DNA from: Eledone cirrhosa
Taxonomy: Eukaryota
Direction of reading: 5' to 3'
NCBI GenBank assembly: GCA_964016885.1
Contig: OZ024742.1
Coordinates: 194,432,001-194,496,000, forward strand
DNA length: 64,000 nucleotides
A program made the translations under genes and the position numbers. The notes below the pieces were generated by a model that saw nothing but the letters and a program-made list of their open reading frames with translations, did not search any database and had not been told where the DNA came from. Shown piece after piece: positions 43,763 to 55,058 of the stretch (positions are counted from its first letter, which is position 1; each line of letters opens with the position of its first letter).

Positions 43763-44405
43763 TCTATCTATATATATAAAACTGTGGTTGTCTGTCTGTC
43801 TATCGATTTTTGGCACACATCTCCTCTTAGAATCTCTCACGGAATTGCACCGAAATTGCTATACTTGTACATTGAGCCCTAGCGAAGACATCGGAAAAAA
43901 AATATTTCAAATTGACCCGCCCTATCTGACGAAATCGAATATAATGTATCGATTTTTGAGCGTAAGTGATCAGTTATTTCCCTTTGTTCTGTTTACATTG
44001 AGCGTCTGCGTGCAAAAATTAAAAAAATTACGCTGGCTTTCTCAGCGTTTAAAATGACATTAACACAATACACGAACAGTTGTCGAGCCAGCAAAATTTT
44101 GACCTGCAAAATTCATCAGTTCGAACACTAAGCTTCCGTTTTGCTTCATTTCCATTTAAAAGCCTTTTAAAACAATATTTTTACTTGAAAACAAGTCTAT
44201 TTAAAGACTACGTAAAACAAGCAAATATTTCGTAAAAAAAAGCAAAAATTATATAAGTTTATTTAAAATATATGTATCTGTAAATTTCGTTAGGCGTGCA
44301 GACAGACAGTCGTGCAGACAGACTTTAAGCCAAAAAAGAAACTTAACATTGTAACTTTAACACAGCTACTGAGCGACCCCGAGCAACGCCGGGCTTTACT
44401 GCTAG
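43763..44405 (+). mobile_element. Non-autonomous Helitron, unit 2 (head-to-tail with unit 1)
   Basis: Starts with TC immediately after the CTAG of unit 1; ends cccgagcaacgccgggctttactgCTAG|T. Confidence 0.88.
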
Positions 44406-44408
44406 TAT

Positions 44409-44459
<51 letters not shown>

Positions 44460-45299
44460 GCGTGTGTGTGTGTGTATATGTGTGTGTGTGTATGTGTGTG
44501 TGTGCGTGCGTGTGTTTGTGTGCGTGTGCGTGTGTGTTAGAAAAAGTCAGTGCCCGACGGTTGAACGCCTGCCGTTTCGACAGCTAATTCCAACATGTGT
44601 GTATGTGTGTGTGTGTGTAGCGATGTTTTGAGTGCGTATGTACGTATGTGGCACCTAATATTCTTGTAAGTATGTGGGCTTGTGACTGTCTAGACGTCTG
44701 CATGTGTGGGCGGGTTTTTCTGGAAGAGTGTGGTGATATTTTGTATTTCGATTTTTCTTGCCTGTTTGTGATCGGGATTGGGAGGATGCTGCTCGCATGT
44801 GATTAGTTATTTTTTTATTTTTTAATGGAATGTACGGATGAGTGTCGTCTTTTTTGTGCTGTAATTAGATTGGTGTTGTGATGCCGGCCTATTTGGGAGT
44901 TGTCCTGTATAGCTTATGTGTTGGATGTGGTTTATATGAGGGTAATTGTGTGCATACAAAGGTACATATATTTCTGTAGTGTCGTGTGTTGGTGTATATA
45001 TCTATACACGGCCCGTATGGGCAAGTGCTTATGCACATGTTTGTACTGGGTGCCTCTATGTGTGCTGTCTGTAGGTATTTTATTGCGGAATATGTTGGTG
45101 GGTTTTAGGTAGAATCATGCTCGTGTGTACGTATGCACTGTGATAACCATGGGTGTTTATGCCGGTGTGGAGGCATGATTGTGTGTGCAAATGTACTGTG
45201 TGTATCCAGGGGTGTATATATCGGTGTGGGTGGACACAATAAATGTGGGGAAATAGTTTTATCCTCATGGATTATGAGAATATCTGAAGTTGAGATATA

Positions 45300-45440
45300 T
45301 TTTGTAAGTCTGGTGTATGCACGAAGTCACCAGTTCATCCTTTTTGTTTAGTAGTTCTTCTTTGACGAAAAATAATTTAGATGGTTTCTTTGGGGCATAA
45401 ATTGCACGGGCGGCGGTCACTCATATAAAGTTTGGCCTAG
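45300..45440 (-). mobile_element. Penelope-like C-terminal remnant
   Basis: Minus strand RPCNLCPKETI..YFSSKEELLNKKDELVTSC resembles the CxLC...LLNKRxEL terminus of PLE ORFs. Confidence 0.5.
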
Positions 45441-45871
45441 GACACTCGTATAAAGTTTGGCGTAGGTGATGCTACTGCCGTGGAAATCCCATATGTGGCT
45501 GGATATTGTTGTAGCATTCTTCCGGACCTCGTTTCTATAGATGTGTTATTGCTGGTAAAATCTTGTGTTAAACTGTAGCAATTCCTTACAGTTCTGATGA
45601 TATATAGTGGATGTGATGATATATAAGGTGGATGTGATGACTTAATTAATTCAAAATATATAATTTCGTTTCGCTTGAATATCATGCAAGAAGATAAGGG
45701 TTTAAACACTCGCTTGAGGGGCTGCTCTCTGAAGACCTTCAGCTCTCTGACACTTCTGAAAGATCCTTACCACCATATGTAATATATATTCAGGTGAATA
45801 TATTTTACCGCGACATATCAGTGGCACCTGATCAAGTTAGGAAATTATTACTGTTATTATTAATATTATAA

Positions 45872-47650
45872 TTGCATTTATCTTGCTTTATGTTCATACG
45901 AGTTATCACCAAGTCACAACCAATGACCTCAAGAGACAACAAGGTCCGCCTGTTCAAGAAAGAATATACATACACACACATGCATCTTTAGGTGTTTAGA
46001 CTTTTGATGTGCTTATATTGACAGAATCTTCCTTAGTATATGGGCAGTTCCCTTTAGTACTGTCTTTTGTATTTCTCCTATACGCGGGTTTCCTGGGATT
46101 TGCGATAAGTAATCATTAGACCCCTTAGGTATCATTTCTAGAGAGCCTACAACCACTGGTATTGTTTTAGTTCTCAATGTCCACATTTTTCCAATTTCTA
46201 TCTCCAGGTCCTTTACTTGCCCAATTTTTCAAATGTTTTTATAGATACATTCTTGTCTATTGGAACGGACATATCAATTAGCAGGCATACCCTCTTTTTA
46301 AAGTCCTTCGGTATTATATCAGGTCTATTTGCATCTATTTTTCGGTCTGTTTGGATGCTAAAGTTACACAAGATTGAGATGTGATATTTTTCAAGTATGA
46401 GAGGTGGTTGATGCTCCCACCAATTCTTTTTATGGGGCAGGTCAAAATGCTTACACATTATCCAATGTATGTATTGTGAAGCTCTGTGTTGCCTGTTTAG
46501 GTATACGGCTGGAGCTAGTGGACTGCACATTGGAATTATATGATCAATGGTCTCTGGTTGTTTTTACATACACGGCATAATGGGCTGCATCGATTCTTTA
46601 TTATATTGGCTTGGTAATTTTTTGTTGGCAGACACTGATCTTGTGCTGATATAATCAGTCCTTCAGTCTACAATTTCAGTCCAGATGATGCCAACCACTG
46701 ATGGGTTAAAGTTTTGTCAACTTCAGGATTGTTAGCTCTTTCTGGGTATTTTCCATACAGAGGATTTTCTTGCCATTTCTTAGCCAGTTTCTGTAGCAGT
46801 TCTTTCTTTTCAGTTATTTTACCTGCTTTGCTTTTTCTGTGTTTTCCATTTCAGCTGTAAATGGGACTTCTGAAATTTGTAGTCCATTACTGTATCTTTG
46901 TGCATCTTTTGTAATGGAGTATGATCGTTTGATGCTTTCATGTTTCAAAACGAGTTTGATCATCCAATCATGTGATTCCCTTAGATATGTAAAAAATCCA
47001 ATTGTTGCAGTTTTCAACGCAATATCTAACTGGATTAACCCACGTCCTCCTTCTTTCCTTGGGAGATATATTCTATTTGTATCTGCCTTAGGGTGATGCA
47101 TTCTGTGCATGGTTAAGAATTTTCTCATTTTTTTATCGAGCCTACAGATCTCTGTGCTTGGCCAGTTGATGACATTGTAACTGTAGGTTACTACTGGTAT
47201 GGCAAGCGTGTTTATGGCATCGCTCCTATTCCTTGCATTCAATTCCGTTCTTAAGTGCTTGATTCCGTCTCCTTCACAAACACCTAGATATTTGTAAATT
47301 TCCTCTTGATCAAGTTCTCTTATCTTATTCCCACGATCAAGATTAATGTCTGAACTCTTCAGCAGCTTTCCTCTGGTGAACTTTGCTTTGGCGCATTTAT
47401 CTAGTCCAAACTCCATTTTAATGTCATCACTGAACTGCTCCACAGTGGATAATAGCCCTTGCAATTGTTCATCATTTGTTGCAAATAGTTTCAGGTCATC
47501 CATGTAGAACAAGTGATTAATGGTTTTGTCATAGACTTTATATCCATGTTTTGTTTCTTTGAGCGTTTTACTTAATGGTATAAGTGCGATGCAGAATAAA
47601 AGCGGTGATAAAGAGTCATCCTGAAAATTTCCACAATTAATATTAAGTGT
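45872..47650 (-). mobile_element. R4/Dong-type RLE non-LTR retrotransposon, family A, 5'-truncated and degenerate
   Basis: GIFQDDSLSPLLF, HLFYMDDLKLF, MEFGLDKC, YKYLG, RIYLPRKEGGRGL, RPDII...CLLIDMSVPID; ATT remnants on both sides. Confidence 0.88.
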
Positions 47651-47652
47651 AA

Positions 47653-47691
<39 letters not shown>

Positions 47692-47693
<2 letters not shown>

Positions 47694-49534
47694 TTTGAAT
47701 CTCAGTCATTGATGTTAGTTAACTGGAAAGTTTGTTGAAATGAATATCAAGCCACTACCTGCAGCCTCAGATATTCAGGACGTATCGGAGAGTTCTTGCC
47801 GTTCCCAGCAAGCATGCCTTTTGAAGTGTTCCAAAAAGCAGGGCGGGGCCAATTTTCTTTAACCATCCCTGGAAACTTTTTGAGATAGTACCTAGTGCGC
47901 CTATGACAATCGGGACCACTTTGACTTCATGGCAGTTCCAAATCCTTTTTACCTCCCACTTTAAGTCCTGGTATCGGTTAATTGTCTCCCTCTCCTTCTC
48001 TTGCACTCTCGTGTCGAATGGGCAGGCCACATCCACAATCAGGCACGATCTTTTTTCCTTGTCCAAAACCACCAGGTCTATTGTTTTCCAGTTTCTTGTC
48101 CGTCTGTATCCTAAAATCCGATAGCACCTTCACCTGATCGTTTTCTATCACCGTCTCTGGCTTATGCTCATATCACTTCTCAGAATGTGGTAAATTGTTT
48201 ACTTTGCATAGGTGCCAGTGGATCACCCTGCCCATCACATCATGTCTCCAGCCTTTATAATGAGTCTGGGCTAGGTGTTTACACTCGTATACAATGTGAG
48301 CCACAGTCTCCTTTTTCTCTCCACAGATAATGCACAGTTGGCTAGCCTCCGCCTTGTAATATGGTGTTTCAGCCACTTCGTTTTGAGTGCCTGCTCTTGC
48401 GCAGCCATTAGCATTCTTCTGTAGCATTTTTAATGTCTCCTCTTCTCAACGAGTTCCATGTCTGTGGATCTCTGAATTCCATTATCTTAAAGAAGGTACT
48501 ATGAAGGGATTTTCATGAAGGTTGCTCTTTCTCCTCGTTGTTATTTCCTCCTTGGACATCTCCTGGTCTATTGTCCTCTCCTTCAGTACAGTTCTGAGCA
48601 TTGGCTCCTTACTATCAGCCACGTATTTGTGTAGGTTGTTTTTCTCCATCTGAACACAGTCCTCTATGCTGATAAGACGTCCTCCACCTTCAGATCTCCT
48701 TAAGTAGAGTCTATCGACATCACTCCTCGTGTGGAACATGTTGTAGATAGTCAATAGCTTCCTAGTCTTCCTATCCATTTCTTTTTGTTCAGCAACATTC
48801 CATCTCAGAATTCCCGCACTGTACAGCTCGGGAATTTACTGCACTTATGGCATTCCTACTGTTCAGATGTGACTTTAATACGCTCCTTTCTCTCCGAATG
48901 TATTCAGTTCTTATCAATTGCTTCATTTGTTTGTTCTTGATGTCATCAGCCTCCAGAACGCCCAAATACTTGTATCCTTCTTCAGAGTCAATTTCCTTTA
49001 TCATCTCACCTGTTGGTAACTGGATTCCGTTACTTCTGCTCAACTTACGCCTCTTCATCACAATGACTCCACACTTACTAATACCAAATTGCATACATAT
49101 ATCATTGCTGAAAATACGGACAGTGTCAACAAGCACATCCAACTCCTTCTCACTCTTCCCGAAGATCGTCCATGAAGAGGAGATGATTGATGGTAAGCCC
49201 TCCCTTTCCCAACCTGTATCCTGCTCTCACTTGCCCGGCCAATTTTTGTTCATCTAATTTAAATAGACCAATCTCGTTCCAGATGTTATGCATCCGTTTC
49301 CTATAGCCTTTCTCCTTGGGATTACTCTTCAGGTAACATTGCATAACAGTTCTATTCAATTCTTTCGTCCAGTTGGTTCTGGTCCCTTTCTTTCTTCTTA
49401 TTCCTACGACACCAGCAGTATTTGGTTGACAGCCAGGTCCCTGCTGCTGAGCCAGGGAGCACCTGTTGGGTGAGAGTCTGTCACATGACATTCTAGTCTC
49501 CATTTCACCGTTATTCGAACTGTTTAGGTTCGAC

Positions 49535-49536
<2 letters not shown>
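47692..49536 (-). mobile_element. R4/Dong-type retrotransposon, family B copy 1 (internally deleted)
   Basis: Collinear with and highly similar to 55059-58547 but lacking ~1.6 kb (LAGQ|VRAGY junction); flanked by (ATT)n at 47652-47692 and 49538-49568. Confidence 0.92.
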
Positions 49537-49568
<32 letters not shown>

Positions 49569-49736
49569 GGTTGGTGAAGCTACGCTTCTTATCGCCTCCA
49601 GTCTTTTTCAACGTTTTACCTCTTTCTCAACCGTTCGAAACCTTTTATTCAAGTTTTAAATTTGATAAAAGTTTAGAAGAAGTGACCTACCTAATACAGG
49701 GGTTCACTAGTAAATAATACGGCACCCCTTTACGGG

Positions 49737-51432
49737 GTGTCGTATTCGTATTTTTGTAAAAAGAGAGAGAGCGCTGTCAGACAACACAGAGAGAGGGAGA
49801 CTTTATCAGCATGTCAACAAGACAGCGTTCCAGCGGATGTAAATATAAACGAAAATATTACAAAGGAAAAAATGATTGTTCCAGATTTAAAATTAAGAAA
49901 TATTTCTAACACAAACAACACCAACAATAACACCCACAACATCACCAACGACAACACCAAAAATAACAACGGTAAAGTCGAGAACGACAATAACAAAAAT
50001 AACAGTGGTAAGGTCAAGAACGACAATAACAAAAATAACAGCGGTAAGGTCGAGAACGACAATAACAATGACAATAACAACAGCCACAACAACAATAATA
50101 GTAGGAACAGTATCAACAAAAACAACAATAATAACAACAGCCACAATAACAGTAACAGCAGCAACAGTATCAACGAAAACAACGCCAACAACTGTACCAG
50201 CGAAAACAACAACAATGACACCGATACCTGTAATAGCGAACTCAGCACCACCAGTAAGACCAGTAGCGGCAGCAATAGTGGTGCTGCTGAAAAAGGGACC
50301 ACTTCTTTTGCAGGTGTCGCCCGAAATATCGAGACAGTGTTAGTCACAGAGGAGGAGATGGCAGTCGCAAGGGCCATGGTGACAAGAAGCGCAAATAGAG
50401 TTTCCCTGAAACCTCCACCCGATTTGTTCAAGGATCAGCATCTACGAACGGTGACTTACCGCACCGTAAACAAAATCTCACATCGAGTGGAGAGAGCCAG
50501 GAATGTATCGAGGCTATCCCCGATATCATAGACTTTGAGGAAGGACTCCAACTCCCTATAAGTGTAGAAGGAAGACGGCCAAAATGTTATCTCTGTGGGT
50601 CGAAAGGTCACCTCAGGGCCTTTTGCCCACAGAAGACACCGAAGAGGGCCCCTCTCCTTCCAATACCTGGTCCGCTGCTACCAAGAGCAGGACAGGCAAC
50701 AAACGATGATGCCCCTTCCACGGTGAGTAGGAGGGCAACGTCCGTAGCACCCGTACCAAGGCCACGGATAACTAAAGCAGCATCATCAGTAGCGGCAACA
50801 CCAATAGCTACATTTGAAATAGCTACACCAGCAACAACATTGCCGAAGAGTGCTCCACTACCACCACCAACAGCCGTGGGGCACATACCACTCCCAGACG
50901 CCACAGAATCCGACATGGAGGCGGGAGTGACGTGGCAAACAGTCTGCCACAAAAAACAAAAAACAAAAGAAACCTTAGATTCACCCTCCAAAAGCGAAGG
51001 CATACAAAGAGGGGTAAAGGCAGCAAGGAAACTTGCAGCAACACCACCACAAATACCAACAACGCAAACACAAGACACACACACCAAACAGCAACAAGAA
51101 GAAAACGGCAACAAAATCACCGCTCCCCCCAAAAAGTACACAGCCATAAACATAGCAAAAAAAGAACTATAAAATATATAAAGCAGCACACAGACATCAC
51201 GGAAAAAAATTACTACACCCCACCAACACCAAGAACTGTCCCGACAAATATAAGCATCATCGAAATATCATTAGAACAATACAAACCTTTAAAACAAAAA
51301 TTCCCCAACGCAGTTGGAGACTTCAGAGGGACGGTTACCAAGAGGATATACACTGACATCCTCTTGGAAACACCCATGACCAGCGAAAGGGACGGTTCTA
51401 CTGTCCCTTCACCACACGAACAAGGTAAGTGA
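49737..51432 (+). pseudogene. Tx1 copy 2 ORF1 (CCHC zinc-knuckle nucleic-acid-binding protein), disrupted
   Basis: Fragments 49737-50531, 50723-51172, 50932-51432; CX2CX4HX4C at ~50586-50627; true start codon uncertain. Confidence 0.78.
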
Positions 51433-51464
51433 CCCTTTCTCATTTGCCCCGTTTCTCATCCAAC

Positions 51465-54400
51465 ATGGCTGTACTCAGAATAGGCAGTATAAATGCACGT
51501 GGCCTGGTGTCATCTTGGAAGCAGGGTCACCTGCTCAATGACCTCAGGTCACTAAACATAGATGTGGTGGCCATCAGTAAAACCAGAATCTCCGAGGCCC
51601 GGGCCTTCGCACCGATCTTCGGCGGCTACGATGTATACGCATCTCCCAGCCGTCCAGGATCGGGGGAGGGGTTGCCGTCCTTTTTCGGAGAGGCTTGGAT
51701 CTCGCGATACGAGCCATTTTCCTGGACCCAGAAGTTAAGTCGCTGGTGCTGGACGTGACCGGCAGCGAAGGCAATGCTTTCAGGCTAGTAGCCGTCTACG
51801 CCCCAAGTGGGGCAGGACGGTCAGATTTCTTCAGACGTCTAGAGACTTTTCTTGGAACGTCCCGCGCTTTAGTGTTAGTGGGCGACTGGAACGGTATCTT
51901 GTATGAACGCTGGGATTGTGTGGGGCTAGTGGATAGGGGAGGAGGGTGCAAGAGCCTCACCAACCTGCTCAGACGTTTAGAACTGTCTGACAAGTATCGA
52001 CTGGATCACCCGAATGTGCCAATGTGGACATGGACAAACCGCATCGGGTCATCCAGATCGTATCTAGATAGGGTATTCTGCAGGGAACTAAATAAGGCTA
52101 GTATAAGTTGTCCACAATTTAAAATAGTCGACTACACAGACCACAAATTTGTGATCTGTGAGATCGACATAGACAGACTTCATAGACAAGGGCCTGGTTA
52201 CTGGAAGCTGAACGCGTCTTTCCCGGTGCGCAAGACCTACAGAGATCGGATTAGCGTATTAGTTAAGCGGGCGTTGACGGGAGCGGTTGTCAACAACAGG
52301 TGGTGGTTCGCCCTGAAAAGGGCAATTAAAGTAGAGTCGATTAGGTTTAGCAAAGCAGTAGTGATAGAGTAAAATAGAGTAGAGGGAGAGCTAGTCAGAA
52401 AGCTAGAACAGGCGTTTAGGACAGGCATCGCAACCGACGTGCTTGCGGCGAGATTGGCACTCGATCAATTCTTCAACGCAAAACACGAAGGCTGCGTTGT
52501 CAGAGCTAGAGCGCGTGCTCTGAAACACGAGGAGACAAAAGCCGTCCAATGGGCCCCGGTGGCAGAGGCGCGACGTAGCAATAAAGCCACAATTCGGTCT
52601 TTGTCTGACCATAACGGGTGGGTGATGCTCGAACCCTAGCGGATGTGTGAAGTTTTTCAGCAGCACTTTGCTGAACTGTTCGGGAGCGGCGGCGGCCCGG
52701 ATCGGGACATGGACTTCAGTGCATACCTCGACGGACTGCCTCGGCTCTCGACGACCGCAGCACAGTGTTGCGAAAAGCCAATAACAGCCGGTGAAATACC
52801 GGAAGCGATGGCTAACTCCACAAGAGGTAAATCGCCAGGTTTAGATGGTCTGCCCTACCAGCTTGATGCATTTATGCCAGACTTGTTCGGTGACCTCTTG
52901 GCAGACGTCTACTGCAACTGGCAGCAGAACGGAAGAATCCCAGTTTTGTGAGCCGGGGAGCAGTGGCACTGCTGAGAAAAGACCCGAACAAGGGGGATGT
53001 TATTGATAATTTCAGGCCCATAACTCTGCTAAACGCAGATTTCAAGATTTTGGCCATGGTGTTAGCTACGATGTTGGCGCTTGTCGTCAAGGGTCTGGTG
53101 GGAGAGGTGCAGACATGCGCCATCCCAGACAGATCCATACACGACAACCTCCACCTCATGCGATACATCATAGAGAGGGTGCTTTAGGAACCTGGCAAGG
53201 GTGCGGCCCTGATCAACTTGGATCAATCCAAAGCATTCGATAGGGTCGACCATCGGTACCTGGCGGCGGTCCTCGAGGCAGCCGGTTTCGGGCCTGTTTT
53301 CAGGCGTTGGATCGCAGCAATGTACAGCGACATCTGCTCAGTTGTGAGGGTGAACGGTCACCTGTCGCAGCCGTTCAGCATCATGCGCTCAGTCCGCCAG
53401 CGTTGTCCCCACTCGTCCCTCTTGTACGTATTGGCTCTCGAGCCGTTACTGCACAAACTGAGGGCGATGAGGGGCGTCCTACGCGAACTAGGATGCGGGA
53501 AATCCGAGTCGGCTTACGCTGACGATGTCACCGTGGTGGTCTCGAGCACCAGACACGTCCAGATGCTCAGCACCGCTCTCAAGGAATACGAAACGGTGAC
53601 AGGAGCAAAGATAAACCAGGAAAAGTCGGTGGGCTTGCAGCTAGGCATCTGGAGATGCAAGTCCATGCCGTCCGACAGCGTCGTAGGGCGTTGGACGGAC
53701 GGACCGGTTAAATTGCTCGGGGTTTGGTTCTGACCAGACCTCCAGATGGAGAAAAACTGGAACGCGGTGACGAGCAGGGTGGCCTCCCTCACCCAGAAAT
53801 GGGCTGAGAGGAAGCTGTCCCTGAAAGGCCGGGCGGAAGTGGCGAATGCGTACATCTCATCCGTCATCTGCTACCGCCTCACCGTCGTCCCTTGCTCCAG
53901 CCCAACTCTCACCAAAATGGAGCACCTCCTCTTCCGCTTTTTGTGGAAGGGACGCGCTCCCATGGTCAGACGATCCATCTGCTGTCAACACCCGTTGCGT
54001 GGAGAACTGGGCACGCCATGGCTGATGATGCGCAAACATGCGCTGAGGCTGCGACATCTCTGGTGCTTCCTTGATGGTGAACGGGTGTGGTCGCTCTCTG
54101 CCCTCTCCCAGTTGGGCACCAGTATCGGTGGAACATCCACCTCGGCGTTCTATAGAGGACTAGTGGAGGGGAAGAGCGACGACGTTCTCGGAGAGATCCT
54201 GGGCGTCAAAGAAGATCAGCTGCTTGCTCTCTTCCGGAGAACTTTCAGCCCTTAGCCTATGGATAACTTCCAAAAATCCCTGGCCTGGCAGTGCTACCGG
54301 GGAGCGCTGCCGGTTCGAGATAAGCTCTACAGGCACGGAAGTGCCGTCAGCCGAGCCTGTCCGAGATGCGCGTATAGCGACGAAACCGTTGTGCACGCAC

Positions 54401-54789
54401 TCGTTCAGTGCCCGAGCATTGCTGGCTTGTGGAGCTATGTCGAACAGTTGCTGTCACGTGTGGGACTGATCCGGTTGTAGACTGAATCCATTGTGCAGAT
54501 GGTCTTGCCGTCTTCCTTTGAGGAGGAAGGGCAAGCGGTTTTCATCTGCCTGGTGGCCATGGCGAAAGAGATTGTGTGGTGCACAAGGTTAAAAGGGTTA
54601 AAGACAAACACTTTCCTCTTCGGCGAATGCCTGATTAACTTTTTCAAGTTTCACCTGAAGAGGACACTCAGGGTGGAGAGGCGAATGCTGCTTTCTAGCA
54701 AGTTTGTTGAAAGGTGGGTGAATGTTGCGAGAATATACGTCTGTAGTTTGAGAGATGGAAAAATTGAGAGAGGGCGCTTGCCCTGGTAG
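51465..54789 (+). pseudogene. Tx1 copy 2 ORF2 (APE-RT-zinc finger) with several stops and frameshifts
   Basis: MAVLRIGSINARGL, VAVYAP, VGDWN, SYLDRVF, TDHK, KSPGLDGL, YADD, KLLGV. Confidence 0.9.
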
Positions 54790-55058
54790 TGGTCTTTTGA
54801 GTGGTTTTCGACACGAGTAACCCTCGGAGGTTTCCCCCCTATTGGGGAATTTTTCATTGTTTCAATTTTCATTTTATTGTTTATATATATATATGTTTTA
54901 TGTCTTTTTTCTTTCCTTATATAAATAATAAAAATATTTACACACACAAAACCCACATCGTACCGTCCTGTTCCGTCTGTGATGTTTTTATTAATGTCAG
55001 CCCTTGTGGCCAATAAAGAAATCATTATTATTATTATTATTATTATTATTGTTGTTAT

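Larger units (their letters stand above)
49569..55023 (+). mobile_element. Tx1/L1-clade non-LTR retrotransposon, copy 2 (near full length, mutated)
   Basis: Begins GG directly after (ATT)n and ends aataaagaaatc(ATT)n; ORF1 with N-rich region and CYLCGSKGHLRAFC knuckle; ORF2 APE + RT (NFRPITLLN, LDQSKAFDRV, YADD) + CPRC...HALVQC. Confidence 0.93.
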
